Positions 9,727-20,210 of a stretch of 64,000 bases of DNA are shown one piece after another. The notes below the pieces were generated by a model. The model did not search any database and had not been told where the DNA came from. It worked only from the letters and a program-made list of their open reading frames with translations. The translations under genes and the position numbers were made by a program. The stretch is from contig CAJORB010000043.1 in assembly GCA_905236565.1 (NCBI GenBank), positions 9,971 to 73,970 on the forward strand, in the 5' to 3' direction. Source of the DNA: an uncultured Treponema sp. GTDB lineage: Bacteria; Spirochaetota; Spirochaetia; Treponematales; Treponemataceae. The first letter of the stretch is position 1, and every line of letters starts with the position of its first letter.

Positions 9727-10733
9727 TTCTTCAGCTGCTTTGCAATTTTATTTCTTATTTCTTCGGGAACAGACTCGATGTAAAGAGGATCTGTGTCATT
9801 AAATTTTACAAGTCCGTCTTTCATTCCGTATTCGTTAAACGAACCCCATACTGTCTTGCCGTTTAAAAACTCAAGTGTAAGGCGTTCTGTAAGTTTTTCC
9901 TGCAAAGTTTCTACACATGAAATTACCTGACCAGGCGCTGCAGAATATGAGTTTGAATCAAAGAAGCAGAGTTTTGTTCCGTGTTCTTTAGCACTTGCAA
10001 TTACACCCTGACAAGCACCGCCGCAGATAGGAAGAATTACATCAACTCCAGAAGCACTCATTGCGTCTGCAAGCTCTGCACCTTTTTTTGCATCGTACCA
10101 GTTTCCTACGATTCTAAAATCAACTTCTACTTTGTCGTTTGCAGCCTTTGCACCTTTTTCATATCCAGGTAAAATTATTTCGTTCATTACAGGATATTCC
10201 TGAGCTGTAATCAAACCGATTTTATTTGTCTTAGTCATAAGACCTGCAACATAACCTGTCATAAATGCAGATTCATCCTGTGCGTAGCGCGCAGTTACGA
10301 TGCTGCTGTTTCCTTCTTTCATTGCATCAAGAAGAATAAACTTCTGATTCGGGAACTGTTTTGTAAGCGGTTCGCAAAGTTCAGGAAGTGACGGGTTAGA
10401 AGAGATGATTACATCGTACTTTCCTTCTGCACAAAGAGTTGTAAGGTGGCCCGGCCATTCTGCCTGGTTTGTTCCGCCTTCTACGATTTTAATTTCTGCT
10501 TTTTCGCCTTCTTTTGCAGTTGCGTTAAAGCTTTCTACTGCAGCTTCTGCTCCTGCTGCAAGCTTTGCATAAATCGGGCTGTCTGCCATGATTCCCGGGA
10601 TATATACTGCTATGCTTTTTCTAGTTTTTTTAGAGCCTGCATTTTTTGAGCATCCTGTAAAAGCACTCAATGCGAGGGCTGTAAAAAGGACTGCAAGAAC
10701 TCTGCATGCGTTTTTTTTGTTTTTTAAAGTCAT
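9717..10733 (-). CDS. BMP-family (PnrA/TmpC-like) substrate-binding lipoprotein
   Basis: Lipobox FTGC; GYVAGLMTKTNKIG, VGNWYDAKKG, GVDVI; GGAGG SD. Confidence 0.85.
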   Translation of the reverse strand: MTLKNKKNACRVLAVLFTALALSAFTGCSKNAGSKKTRKSIAVYIPGIMADSPIYAKLAAGAEAAVESFNATAKEGEKAEIKIVEGGTNQAEWPGHLTTLCAEGKYDVIISSNPSLPELCEPLTKQFPNQKFILLDAMKEGNSSIVTARYAQDESAFMTGYVAGLMTKTNKIGLITAQEYPVMNEIILPGYEKGAKAANDKVEVDFRIVGNWYDAKKGAELADAMSASGVDVILPICGGACQGVIASAKEHGTKLCFFDSNSYSAAPGQVISCVETLQEKLTERLTLEFLNGKTVWGSFNEYGMKDGLVKFNDTDPLYIESVPEEIRNKIAKQLKKWN

Positions 10734-10813
10734 TATACGACCTCCAGTTTTTCGGATATAATAGTTTTATATAAAACTATTGTCAAGTACCCGCCTTTCC
10801 GATAATTATTAAT

Positions 10814-11413
10814 ATGAAAGTAATCAATAGAAGAAATTTTATTATCGCAATAATCCTTTTATGTTCGACTCTTGCCTTTGCGCGCGAAGAAAAAGAAAGA
10901 AAGTTTTTCGGCTTTCAGTTTGCAGTCGGCGGAACAATTCCGCTTTACGGCGACGGCGCCCAGTGGAATAACCACGCAAAAATGACAGACGACCGTTATG
11001 CCCGCATCGTCATAGGAAGCGATGTCGGTTTTACACTAAAGCTTGCAGAACAGCTCTTTTTCGTTTTTGATTTTGAAACATGCTCTGATTTCGGGTGGAA
11101 TTCAAGCTATCACTCAAACAGTCTTGACTATGCATTCGCCGGGGGCTTCCAGTATTATCCGGGCTGGGGAAATCTTTCTTTCATCCTTGCATACGCTATT
11201 GGAGGAAGATCAGACTTCGTAAAGCTTCCTGATGAATATTCAGAAATAAAAAGCACAAAATGGGGAAACGGCTTTAAGCTTGCCGCAGAATACGATTTCT
11301 TTGCCGGCGGCGGCTTTATTCCAGCTGCAGGAATAAGCTACAGACTTATGCCCCGCGGCTACAACAATTACGATAACATAATAAATATTTATGTGCGCTT
11401 TGCGTTCAGATAA
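10814..11413 (+). CDS. Exported protein, probable small outer-membrane beta-barrel
   Basis: Signal peptide ending AFA, alternating aromatic/Gly strands, C-terminal IYVRFAFR. Confidence 0.6.
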   Translation: MKVINRRNFIIAIILLCSTLAFAREEKERKFFGFQFAVGGTIPLYGDGAQWNNHAKMTDDRYARIVIGSDVGFTLKLAEQLFFVFDFETCSDFGWNSSYHSNSLDYAFAGGFQYYPGWGNLSFILAYAIGGRSDFVKLPDEYSEIKSTKWGNGFKLAAEYDFFAGGGFIPAAGISYRLMPRGYNNYDNIINIYVRFAFR

Positions 11414-11418
11414 AAAAT

Positions 11419-11518
11419 AAGACAAACGCTCACATAAAAAAAAGTATGGGTCCTGCACACTTCGCTTTCGCTCGTAAGTGCTTCCCATACTTTTTTTATT
11501 CCGCTTTGTCTTTTTTTT
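11419..11518. terminator. Long hairpin between convergent genes, probable bidirectional terminator
   Basis: AAAAAAAGTATGGG (to 11450) pairs with CCCATACTTTTTTT (from 11484); outer AAGACAAA/TTTGTCTT; A and T tracts on either side. Confidence 0.75.
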
Positions 11519-11544
11519 CAAACCGTTATACGGCTAAAGTAAGA

Positions 11545-13077
11545 CTATCTTGCATATTCAACAATTCGTGTTTCGCGAATCATTGTAAGTTTAATCCTTC
11601 CAGGATATTTAAGGTCAGTTTCTATCTGCTTTGCAATTTTTCTTGCAAGCTCCTTAACATCACCGTCAGGAATTTTCTCGTTGTTAACAAGAATACGAAG
11701 TTCGCGGCCGGCCTGGATAGCGTATGCCTTTTCTACTCCGTTAAAGCTTTCTGCAATGCCTTCAAGATTTTCAAGACGTTTAACATAGTTATCAACTGTT
11801 TCGCGTCTTGCACCCGGACGTGCTGCAGAAATAGCATCTGCAATCTGAACAAGGATTGCTTCGATGCTTGTAGGTTCGATATCGTTATGGTGAGCTCCGA
11901 TTGCATTTATTACGCGTGGATCTTCACCAATCTTGCGTGCCATTTCTGCACCGACTTCTGCGTGGTTCTGGTCAGAATCATTTTCTGCACCTTTACCGAT
12001 ATCGTGTAAGATTGCGGCACGCTTTGCAAGTTCTCTGTCTGCACCAAGTTCTGCTGCAAGCATTCCTGCAATTAAAGCTACTTCCTTTGAGTGAACAAGC
12101 ACATTCTGTCCGTAACTTGTTCTAAAGTAGAGGCGTCCAAGAGCACGAACACCGTCTGTGCTCATGTTATGGATTCCAAGATCAAAGAGGGCTTTTTCAC
12201 CTTCTTCGTAAATCTTATTCTGAACTTCTCTTGTTACTTTCTGAACGATTTCCTCGATACGAGCCGGGTGGATACGTCCATCAGAAATAAGGCGTTCAAG
12301 TGATTCCTTTGCGATTTCTTTTCTTACAGGGTCAAAACATGAAATAACAACTGCTTCCGGTGTATCATCGATGATGATGTCAACGCCGGTAAGTGTTTCG
12401 AGCGTACGGATGTTACGTCCTTCGCGTCCGATGATACGACCTTTCATTTCGTCACTTGGCAGAGAAACTGTGGCAACAGTCATGTCACCTGTAGTTTCTG
12501 TTGCTATACGCTGAATCGTCGTAACAAGTATGTCGCGCGCTTTTTTCTCAGACGTAAGCTGAGCTTCCTGTTCAATCTTATTTAAAAGAACCTGAGCGTC
12601 ATGACGAGCGTCATTTTCGAGATTCTTTATGATAAGTTCCTTTGCTTCCTGAGCAGAAAGACCAGAAATTCGCTCAAGTTCCTTTCTGTATTCTTCTTCC
12701 TGAATTGCAACGCTTGCTTCTCTTTTTTCTAAAGCAGCCGTTCTTTCTAAAAACTCTTTTTCCTGCTTGTCAAAGGCCTGTGCCCTCTGGTCAAGCATCT
12801 CTTCTTTATGATTTACTCGTGCTTCATATCTCTGTACTTCTGCACGGCGGTCGCGGTTCTCCCGTTCCTGCTGGTTTCGTTCACGAATGAGTTCATCTTT
12901 TGCATTCAGCAAAATTTCTTTTTTCTGAGCTTCGGCTTCTCTAATTGCATCCTGTTTTACACGTTCTGCTTTTTGCTCTGACGCAGATAATTGAAATCTG
13001 GCATACAGCCAGCGAATAGTCCATCCAAGAACAATTCCAAGGGCTGGGAGAATAATAAACCAAATAAACTGTGGCAT
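11545..13077 (-). CDS. rny: Ribonuclease Y
   Basis: N-terminal TM and coiled coil, KH motif KGRIIGREGRNIR, HD motif LHDIGK, ADAISAARPGAR. Confidence 0.97.
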   Translation of the reverse strand: MPQFIWFIILPALGIVLGWTIRWLYARFQLSASEQKAERVKQDAIREAEAQKKEILLNAKDELIRERNQQERENRDRRAEVQRYEARVNHKEEMLDQRAQAFDKQEKEFLERTAALEKREASVAIQEEEYRKELERISGLSAQEAKELIIKNLENDARHDAQVLLNKIEQEAQLTSEKKARDILVTTIQRIATETTGDMTVATVSLPSDEMKGRIIGREGRNIRTLETLTGVDIIIDDTPEAVVISCFDPVRKEIAKESLERLISDGRIHPARIEEIVQKVTREVQNKIYEEGEKALFDLGIHNMSTDGVRALGRLYFRTSYGQNVLVHSKEVALIAGMLAAELGADRELAKRAAILHDIGKGAENDSDQNHAEVGAEMARKIGEDPRVINAIGAHHNDIEPTSIEAILVQIADAISAARPGARRETVDNYVKRLENLEGIAESFNGVEKAYAIQAGRELRILVNNEKIPDGDVKELARKIAKQIETDLKYPGRIKLTMIRETRIVEYAR

Positions 13078-13197
13078 TTAAACTCCTCGCATTTTATTAA
13101 ATTGTTCGTACTATTTATAGTACATTAATATAAGTAAGAAGTCAAACATTTTTTCACATTAGAACGTAAAATATGCCAAAGTATGCCAAAATTTGGC

Positions 13198-14010
13198 CTA
13201 CATTTCGAAATCTGCACCAAGATATATGGTTCTGGCCTGGCTGGACTTTAAGATATCTTCTTTTTTGCCCTGGGTTACGATCTGGCCGTTGTTTATGATG
13301 ATGGCGCGGTCGGTAATTTCGAGGGTATCACGTACATTATGGTCTGTAATGAGGATTCCGATGCCTCTGTTTGCAAGAAGTTTTACGAGTTTTTTGATAT
13401 CCGCAACGGCAATCGGGTCAATTCCGGCAAAAGGCTCGTCGAGCATGAGAAATTTAGGCTGAATTGCCAAAGAACGCGCAATTTCTGTGCGGCGCCGTTC
13501 ACCGCCAGAGAGAGTATAGGCTTTCTGGCGCCTGATTCTTGTAATCGAAAAGTCTTCGAGAAGCTTCTCAAGGGTTTCCTTTTTCTGGGCCTTCGTAAGA
13601 TCGCTTCTGGTTTCAAGAATCGACCAGATATTATCTTCTACCGTCATCTTTTTAAAAACCGAAGGCTCCTGAGGAAGGTACGAAATGCCCTTCTGAGCCC
13701 TTTTATACATAGGAAGACCGGTAACGCATTCATCATCAAGAAAGACTTCGCCCTGAGTCGGCTTATAAAAACCTACAATCATGTAAAAAGTCGTCGTTTT
13801 TCCAGAGCCGTTAGGACCTAAAAGCCCTAAGATTTCGCCGGTTTTCATTTCAAAATCGATTCCCTGGACGACTTTCTTTTTGCCGAACGTTTTATAAAGG
13901 CTTGATGCCCTTAAGATATGAGGCTTTGTGTATGACCATCTTTCTTCTGGTTCAATTTCTTCAAAATAATCGTCGCGCTCAGGCTCTTCTAAAACGTATT
14001 CATCACTCAT
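13198..14010 (-). CDS. lptB: Lpt ABC transporter ATP-binding protein
   Basis: GPNGSGKTTTFYMIVG, YLPQEPSVF, LSGGERRRTEIAR, DEPFAGIDP, ITDHNVRDTL; start moved to ATG 14010, just after the upstream stop. Confidence 0.93.
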   Translation of the reverse strand: MSDEYVLEEPERDDYFEEIEPEERWSYTKPHILRASSLYKTFGKKKVVQGIDFEMKTGEILGLLGPNGSGKTTTFYMIVGFYKPTQGEVFLDDECVTGLPMYKRAQKGISYLPQEPSVFKKMTVEDNIWSILETRSDLTKAQKKETLEKLLEDFSITRIRRQKAYTLSGGERRRTEIARSLAIQPKFLMLDEPFAGIDPIAVADIKKLVKLLANRGIGILITDHNVRDTLEITDRAIIINNGQIVTQGKKEDILKSSQARTIYLGADFEM

Positions 14011-14011
14011 A

Positions 14012-15160
14012 TTAATTTCCCGATTTTGTCTTGACCGTTCCGCGGATGTTTCCGTCAAGAACGATTTCTTCTGTATCCATGTTGAACGAAATCGACTGAG
14101 CACGGAACATGTCGTCTTTCTGCTTTACACTTGCGTTTCCGCTAAGATCGAGAGTCTGCTCTTTTTTTCTGTAAACCGAGTAGGCACCCGTACAAACATT
14201 TTCTTTCTGTTTAAGTTCAACATCAATCTGCATTATCGCAACATCTGTGTTCTGGTCGTATTCTATTATCTGAGCCTTTGCAGTTACATCATTCTTTAAA
14301 TCTTTAAGTTCAACATCGCCGGTAAGCGTAACGATTTTCTGTTCGCGGTCATACTCTAAAGTCTGGGCCTTAAACTCAAGCTCGCTTTCTGTGTTTGTTC
14401 CGCTTATATTACCGCGCGCCTTGATGATGTTAAAATCATCGCCCGTAAGCTCGATTGAATCTGCCCGGATTTCCATCGTAGAAGTCTTTACGACTGCATT
14501 TCCGCTTAAAACGGTAAAACTTTCTTTTAAAGAATCAGAAGAAGACGAGACAGAGCCCCTCATCGAGTCGCCCGAAAAAGTTATTTCTTCGTCTTCACCG
14601 CCAGATTTACTTACATTAATCTGGCTTCCCTTAACTGAACTTGAAAAAAGAAATGTATTGCTTACGGCACTTGCGCTAAAATCTTTGCCGGTTATCTTAA
14701 GATTGTCTTTTACAATCGTAATTTCCCTGCCTTTTGCACTTACAAGCTGTTCTGTGTTCCCATTCCACTTGAGGCTGTCGCCTTTTATGTTTATGTTCTG
14801 CGTGGTGTCATTAAATTCGATTCCGTCATAAAGCGTATAAATCTGATCTTTCGTGTCTGCGCTTATGATTGCGGTTTTTCCCGTAGATTTTGGCTGCATG
14901 GCTGAATCAAATATTATAAACTCAACGTCTTTGGCGTATGAACGGTTTATTCCCTTGTACTGTTCAAAAACGGAACTTTTAAGCTCGATGTTCTTTTTAT
15001 TGTCCGCGTATTTTTTGTAAACGGCGTTTTCAAGACGAAGCTGCGGAACGTTCTGCTCGGCAAGCGCGTCGCTCTGGTATTTGAGCGAACAGCCGGCAAG
15101 CGATGAGGCAAGAATGAGGATAACTGCAGAATGTAGCAGGGCAAAACGTACGCGTTTCAT
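14012..15160 (-). CDS. Fused LptC-LptA (beta-jellyroll) lipoprotein
   Basis: Lipobox LAGC; LptC-like N-half (GDSLKWNGNTEQL); OstA/LptA-like C-half (LSGNAVV, IRADSIEL, LSGNASVKQ); directly upstream of lptB. Confidence 0.75.
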   Translation of the reverse strand: MKRVRFALLHSAVILILASSLAGCSLKYQSDALAEQNVPQLRLENAVYKKYADNKKNIELKSSVFEQYKGINRSYAKDVEFIIFDSAMQPKSTGKTAIISADTKDQIYTLYDGIEFNDTTQNINIKGDSLKWNGNTEQLVSAKGREITIVKDNLKITGKDFSASAVSNTFLFSSSVKGSQINVSKSGGEDEEITFSGDSMRGSVSSSSDSLKESFTVLSGNAVVKTSTMEIRADSIELTGDDFNIIKARGNISGTNTESELEFKAQTLEYDREQKIVTLTGDVELKDLKNDVTAKAQIIEYDQNTDVAIMQIDVELKQKENVCTGAYSVYRKKEQTLDLSGNASVKQKDDMFRAQSISFNMDTEEIVLDGNIRGTVKTKSGN

Positions 15161-15242
15161 GGATAATATTATATTGTGCATCAAAGCACAGTGCAAGTGA
15201 GATTTATAGACAAAAGAACGCGTTTGTGCTTAAATTTCTTTC

Positions 15243-16325
15243 ATGAACAACAAGAATACGATCCAGACTGTTTTTATTTTTGCCCTGCTTGCCCTCTTTT
15301 TATGCGCATGCGTCGCAATGGTTTATCCATTTTTTACAGTCATTCTCTGGACTACTCTCCTGTATGTAATATTCCGGCCGCTTCATGCAAAATGCGTTGC
15401 AAAACTTGACCGCACGAAAAAATTTTACAAGCTCTTTAAGCATCTTATTGCCGGCGGTTTTTCTGTAGGAATTCTTATTCTTATTATTGTTCCGCTTACA
15501 CTTATTTCGATTCTTCTTCTTCAGGAATTATCTTCTTTCATGCAGAACACGATTTTGTTTTTAAAAAACAATCCTGACTTTTTTTCGCACGAAGGACCAT
15601 TCGAAGCAATTTTCTTATTCTTTAATAAACTCGGAATCAACATTCCAAACTTTGATGCAGATTCATTAAGAACCTATCTCATCCAGTATCTGCAGACATA
15701 CAGCACAAGAATTCTTTCTGCAGGAACTTCAATCGCGGGGAAAACACTCAACTTTATAATTTCACTTCTCTTTATTGTGTTTTCGCTTTTCTTCTTTTTC
15801 CTCGATGGTCAGTATCTTGTTACAGTTTTTAAACAGGCACTTCCTGTTAAAAACGAATACATGTCTGTGCTTACAGAAAAATTTACAGAGATTACAAGAA
15901 ATCTTTTTTCGGGATACATTCTCGTTGCGCTTTATCAGGGAATCATTGCGTTTGTAATAATGCTTATCTTTGGCGTTAAGGCGCCGCTTCTTTTTGCAGT
16001 CGTCCTCATGTTTGCTTCGTTTATTCCGCTTTTAGGAGCTTCTCTTGTGTGGCTCCCGATTGGAATCATAATGTGCTTTACTCAGTCAATCCTCAAAGGA
16101 ATTTTATTTATCATTATATGCGGAATCTGTGTAAGCCTTCTTGATAATTTTCTTCGCCCGTTCCTTTTAAAAGATAGAATCAACGCTCACCCGCTTATCA
16201 TCTTCTTTGCAATTCTCGGCGGCGTAAAAGTTTTTGGAATAAACGGACTTATAATCGGACCGCTTGTAGTAATTTTATTCTTTACGGTTTTAAATCTTCT
16301 TTTAAATACAAAAGAAAAAGATTAG
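15243..16325 (+). CDS. AI-2E family transporter
   Basis: FFFFLDG, ASFIPLLGASLVWLP, LLDNFLRP, FFAILGG..FGINGLIIGP. Confidence 0.92.
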   Translation: MNNKNTIQTVFIFALLALFLCACVAMVYPFFTVILWTTLLYVIFRPLHAKCVAKLDRTKKFYKLFKHLIAGGFSVGILILIIVPLTLISILLLQELSSFMQNTILFLKNNPDFFSHEGPFEAIFLFFNKLGINIPNFDADSLRTYLIQYLQTYSTRILSAGTSIAGKTLNFIISLLFIVFSLFFFFLDGQYLVTVFKQALPVKNEYMSVLTEKFTEITRNLFSGYILVALYQGIIAFVIMLIFGVKAPLLFAVVLMFASFIPLLGASLVWLPIGIIMCFTQSILKGILFIIICGICVSLLDNFLRPFLLKDRINAHPLIIFFAILGGVKVFGINGLIIGPLVVILFFTVLNLLLNTKEKD

Positions 16326-17410
16326 AAAATTGGATAGCAGTCAAAGCCTGCAGTCTTTAACTGGAGACCCATATTACCCTGTTCGTTTTCATCAACGATT
16401 ACGATAAAATATTTATTTCCAGAAGGACGAACTTCTTCTTCGATGTATGCTTTAAATCCTTTTGCCTTTAATCTCGAAACAAGAGAATCTGCATTTTCTT
16501 TTTTTCCAAAAAGACCAACCTGCTGGCGTTTGATTTTTTCTTCTTTTGAATCTGATGCAGCTCCGGATTTCTTATCTGCAGAATCTTTTTTTGCAACTTC
16601 TACATTAGAATTTTTTGCAACAGTAATATTTTTTGCCTGCTCGTTCTGTGCTTTTGCAATTGCGTTTCCTTTTCGCGGAACAAAAAACCAGAACGGTGTA
16701 GGCATTAAGCTTGCCTTACCTGTAACGACACCAGCTTCTGGGCTTTTAGGATACTGCGATTTAATTTTCTGTGCCGCATCATCATCATCCGTTACGTACC
16801 ACAGCGTAAAAAGAAGCGACGGCCTTACAGACTCCATCTCTGGCATAGAAAGATATCCCTTTATAAAAAACGCGATTGAATCAATCTGGTCGTCTGTAGG
16901 GTCGTTGCAAAGCTGCGCCCATACTTCATAAAGTTTTATCTTTGCCTGTATCTTTGCGTCTTTTGAATTTCGAATGTTAGAGTTTAAATAAGAAAGCGCA
17001 GTCTTTGCTTCGCCGCAGTTTAAACAACAACGAACGGCATCAAGAACAAGAACGCTCGGTGTTTTCTTTAACATATTGTAAACGATTTTTTCCTGCGGCG
17101 TCGCTTCTTTTGTAAGCTTAAAGGAATTGATTGCTTCCTGGCTTACTTTAACCCCTGCAGCTTTTGCAAAGGATTTTGAAGCATCACTGTAAAGCCCTGA
17201 CTGTTCCTGAATGCATCCTGTAAATGCATAAAGTACACGAATAGAGCATGTATCTTCTACCGGAATGACATGTTTTTCAAGATATGCGATTGATTCATCA
17301 ACGGTATCGCACTCAAGCGCTTTTTTAATTACATTAACTGCTGCGCTTTGTGCAAAAACAAATCCTGAGGCTATTATAAAAACTGCAATAGAAGATAAAA
17401 ATTTTTTCAT
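16322..17410 (-). CDS. Exported SPOR-domain protein
   Basis: Signal peptide; helical middle; C-terminal QVGLFGKKENADSLVSRLKAKGF. Confidence 0.8.
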   Translation of the reverse strand: MKKFLSSIAVFIIASGFVFAQSAAVNVIKKALECDTVDESIAYLEKHVIPVEDTCSIRVLYAFTGCIQEQSGLYSDASKSFAKAAGVKVSQEAINSFKLTKEATPQEKIVYNMLKKTPSVLVLDAVRCCLNCGEAKTALSYLNSNIRNSKDAKIQAKIKLYEVWAQLCNDPTDDQIDSIAFFIKGYLSMPEMESVRPSLLFTLWYVTDDDDAAQKIKSQYPKSPEAGVVTGKASLMPTPFWFFVPRKGNAIAKAQNEQAKNITVAKNSNVEVAKKDSADKKSGAASDSKEEKIKRQQVGLFGKKENADSLVSRLKAKGFKAYIEEEVRPSGNKYFIVIVDENEQGNMGLQLKTAGFDCYPIF

Positions 17411-17412
17411 TA

Positions 17413-17865
17413 CTATTCTGCTTCCTGTTCAGTTTCGGAAGGATGCCTCTGTTTCTTTAATTTCTGGATTTTTTCAAGTATCTTTTCGCGTTTTGTTTTG
17501 CCGGACTCTGTATTGCCGGAAGTCTTGCTTCCTGTATCAGAAGAGGCTTGAGCGCCGCTTGCTTTATCTTCGCCCGGGGCCTTAGAAGCTTTTGCCGCTT
17601 TTTTAGAAGCCTTTCTTTTTGCAGCTTCTTCGCGCTCTGCCTCACGTTCTTCCATTTTTTTCTGTGTCTTTATTTTTCTTACAAACGCAAACGGAAGAGC
17701 ACACATAACGCCGATTGCAAACGAAATAAGCGAGTTCATGAAAACCGGAACATCTTTAAGCGTTTTTGTAAAAAGCCAGATGTCACATTTGTTATCCAGA
17801 TTATATCCCATAAAAAAAGCAAAACCTGTAAGAACTGCAATAAGACAGATCAATTTAGCAATCAT
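17413..17865 (-). CDS. Small membrane protein, LapA/DUF1049-like, with charged tail
   Basis: Two hydrophobic segments around N...VPVF...SFAIG, then a Lys/Ser-rich tail. Confidence 0.55.
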   Translation of the reverse strand: MIAKLICLIAVLTGFAFFMGYNLDNKCDIWLFTKTLKDVPVFMNSLISFAIGVMCALPFAFVRKIKTQKKMEEREAEREEAAKRKASKKAAKASKAPGEDKASGAQASSDTGSKTSGNTESGKTKREKILEKIQKLKKQRHPSETEQEAE

Positions 17866-17909
17866 ACTTTCTCCTCCAAAGCCCGCGAAACAATGCCGCT
17901 CCTTATTTA

Positions 17910-19292
17910 TTAAACAAGCACTCCGCGGAATGTATTACCGCTTAAGCTTTCTAATTTTACTTTTACAAAACTGCCGATAAGATTTTCCGGAGCTGCAAAC
18001 GCAACTCTCTCATCCTGTGCAGTTTTTCCGAGAAGTTCATTTTTATCATCGCGGCTAACATTTTCTGCGAGAACTTCTGCAACCGTTCCGACACGTTTTT
18101 CCATTTCTCTTCTCGTTATCTCAAGCTGAAGGTCAATAACTTTCTGCAATCGATTCTTTTTTTCTTCGACATCAATCTGATCATTACGAACTGCAGCAGG
18201 AGTTCCTTCTCTTGGATTATAGTAATACATAAATGCGTTTTCGTATAGAATTGTATTCATAAGCGAAAGTACTTCGTTAAAATCTTCTTCTGTCTCGCCA
18301 GGGAAACCTACCATTATGTCTGTCGTAAGTGAAACATCATTTATCTTTTCGCGGATTTTTTTTACAAGTGCAATATAATCTTCGCGTGTGTATCTTCTGT
18401 TCATCTCGCGTAAAACTTTTGTAGAGCCATGCTGAACAGGAAGATGAATGTGATGGCAAAGCTGCTTTCTTGATGCAATTACATCGATTAATTTTTCTGA
18501 CAAGTCTTTCGGATGACTCGACATAAATCTTACCCAGCCGATGCAGCTTTTAGTCTGTTCAATATGAGAGCAGATTAAATCCAGAAGGGCCGGAAAATCT
18601 GTTCCGTTGTAATTGTAAGAGTTAACGTTCTGTCCAAGAAGTGTAATTTCTTTTACGCCGTTTTTAGAAAGAAAATCAATTTCCTTTAAGATGTCATCTG
18701 TGCTGCGGCTTTTTTCTCTGCCCCGTACATACGGAACGATACAGTAAGTGCAGAAATTATTACAGCCGTGCATAATCGGAACAAAAGCACTAAACGCACC
18801 TGGTTCAAGAGAAACAGAAGAAAATTCGTAAGCATCAGGATCGTTTACAAGTTTTAAATCCTTTGGATTAATTTTATTTTCTACCGCGCTTATTATGTCA
18901 CCAAACTGTTTTTTTGCGTATGTTCCGACAACATAATCTACAACCGGATAATCTTTTTTAAGAGATTTTAAAAGACGTTCTGCCATGCATCCCATCACGA
19001 TAAGCGTAAGAGGTTTTGCTTCGTCCTTTACATATTCTGCTGCTAAATCGAGCGTCTTAGATTTTGCACCCGGTCTTTTTTCGCGAAGGGCTTTTAATCC
19101 CGTAAACCAGCCGAGGCGTCCGAAAATTCTATTTTCTGCAGTCTGCCGCACAGAACATGTGTTTATGATTACCATGTCTGCAACCTGAACATCGTCTGCT
19201 TTTTCCCAGCCGCGAGAAATTAAAAGCTGTTCTACGGCGGCAGATTCTGCAATGTTCATCTGACAGCCGTATGTTTCAAAAAAATATGTCAT
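17910..19292 (-). CDS. miaB: tRNA-2-methylthio-N6-isopentenyladenosine synthase
   Basis: TYGCQMN, NTCSVR, radical SAM motif CNNFCTYC, LLGQNVNSY, C-terminal TRAM domain. Confidence 0.95.
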   Translation of the reverse strand: MTYFFETYGCQMNIAESAAVEQLLISRGWEKADDVQVADMVIINTCSVRQTAENRIFGRLGWFTGLKALREKRPGAKSKTLDLAAEYVKDEAKPLTLIVMGCMAERLLKSLKKDYPVVDYVVGTYAKKQFGDIISAVENKINPKDLKLVNDPDAYEFSSVSLEPGAFSAFVPIMHGCNNFCTYCIVPYVRGREKSRSTDDILKEIDFLSKNGVKEITLLGQNVNSYNYNGTDFPALLDLICSHIEQTKSCIGWVRFMSSHPKDLSEKLIDVIASRKQLCHHIHLPVQHGSTKVLREMNRRYTREDYIALVKKIREKINDVSLTTDIMVGFPGETEEDFNEVLSLMNTILYENAFMYYYNPREGTPAAVRNDQIDVEEKKNRLQKVIDLQLEITRREMEKRVGTVAEVLAENVSRDDKNELLGKTAQDERVAFAAPENLIGSFVKVKLESLSGNTFRGVLV

Positions 19293-19331
19293 TCAATAAT
19301 CCCAAAAAATCTGCAATCCTAAAATCGCGCC

Positions 19332-20210
19332 CTACAAAATTCCGTTTTGTCTTTCGGCCGCCTCGAGCGTGTTTACCATGAGCATCGCAATCGTCATTGG
19401 TCCAACTCCACCAGGCACAGGCGTAATAAATGATGCAACATCCGAAACTTCTTTTTCGCAGTCACCGACTAAACGGAATCCGCTTTTTTTTGTACTGTCA
19501 GGAATTCTGTTTACACCTACATCGATTACTACAGCTCCAGGTTTTACCATGTCTTTAGTTACTGTCGATGGATGACCTGCAGCGGCTACTACGATGTCTG
19601 CCTGCTTTACGATTTCTGCCATGTTCTTTGTTCCTGTGTGACAGATTGTTACAGTCGAGTTTACTTTTTTAGAAGACATCAAGATTGCAAGAGGCTTTCC
19701 TACGATATTTGAGCGGCCTACGATTACACAGTGCTTTCCGCTTGTTTCGATATTCATTTTTTCTAAAAGAACTACAACTCCATGCGGTGTACATGGCAAA
19801 AATCCCGGACGACCTATCATGAGGTTTCCAACGTTTACCGGATGAAATCCATCAACGTCCTTTTCTGGATTTATAGCCATTATTACGCGGTCTTCGTTTA
19901 TATGCTTTGGAAGCGGCAGCTGAACAAGGATTCCGTTTACTGTTTTATCGTTATTAAGTTTTTCTATAAGTGCTAAAAGTTCTTCTTCGCTCGTACTTTC
20001 TGGCAGATGAACGCTTTTATCTGTCATTCCGGCTTCGGCAAGGGCTTTCTGTTTACCCGTTACATATGAAACGCTTGCAGGGTTTTCTCCTACAAGAATT
20101 ACGGCAAGACACGGATTTATGCCTTTATCTTTAAGTTCGCCTACCCTTTTTGCAACATTTTCCCTTACATCTGCAGCAATCTGCTTTCCATCGATAATCT
20201 GAGCGCTCAT
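19332..20210 (-). CDS. folD: Methylenetetrahydrofolate dehydrogenase/cyclohydrolase
   Basis: [41 protein letters not shown]. Confidence 0.97.
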   Translation of the reverse strand: MSAQIIDGKQIAADVRENVAKRVGELKDKGINPCLAVILVGENPASVSYVTGKQKALAEAGMTDKSVHLPESTSEEELLALIEKLNNDKTVNGILVQLPLPKHINEDRVIMAINPEKDVDGFHPVNVGNLMIGRPGFLPCTPHGVVVLLEKMNIETSGKHCVIVGRSNIVGKPLAILMSSKKVNSTVTICHTGTKNMAEIVKQADIVVAAAGHPSTVTKDMVKPGAVVIDVGVNRIPDSTKKSGFRLVGDCEKEVSDVASFITPVPGGVGPMTIAMLMVNTLEAAERQNGIL

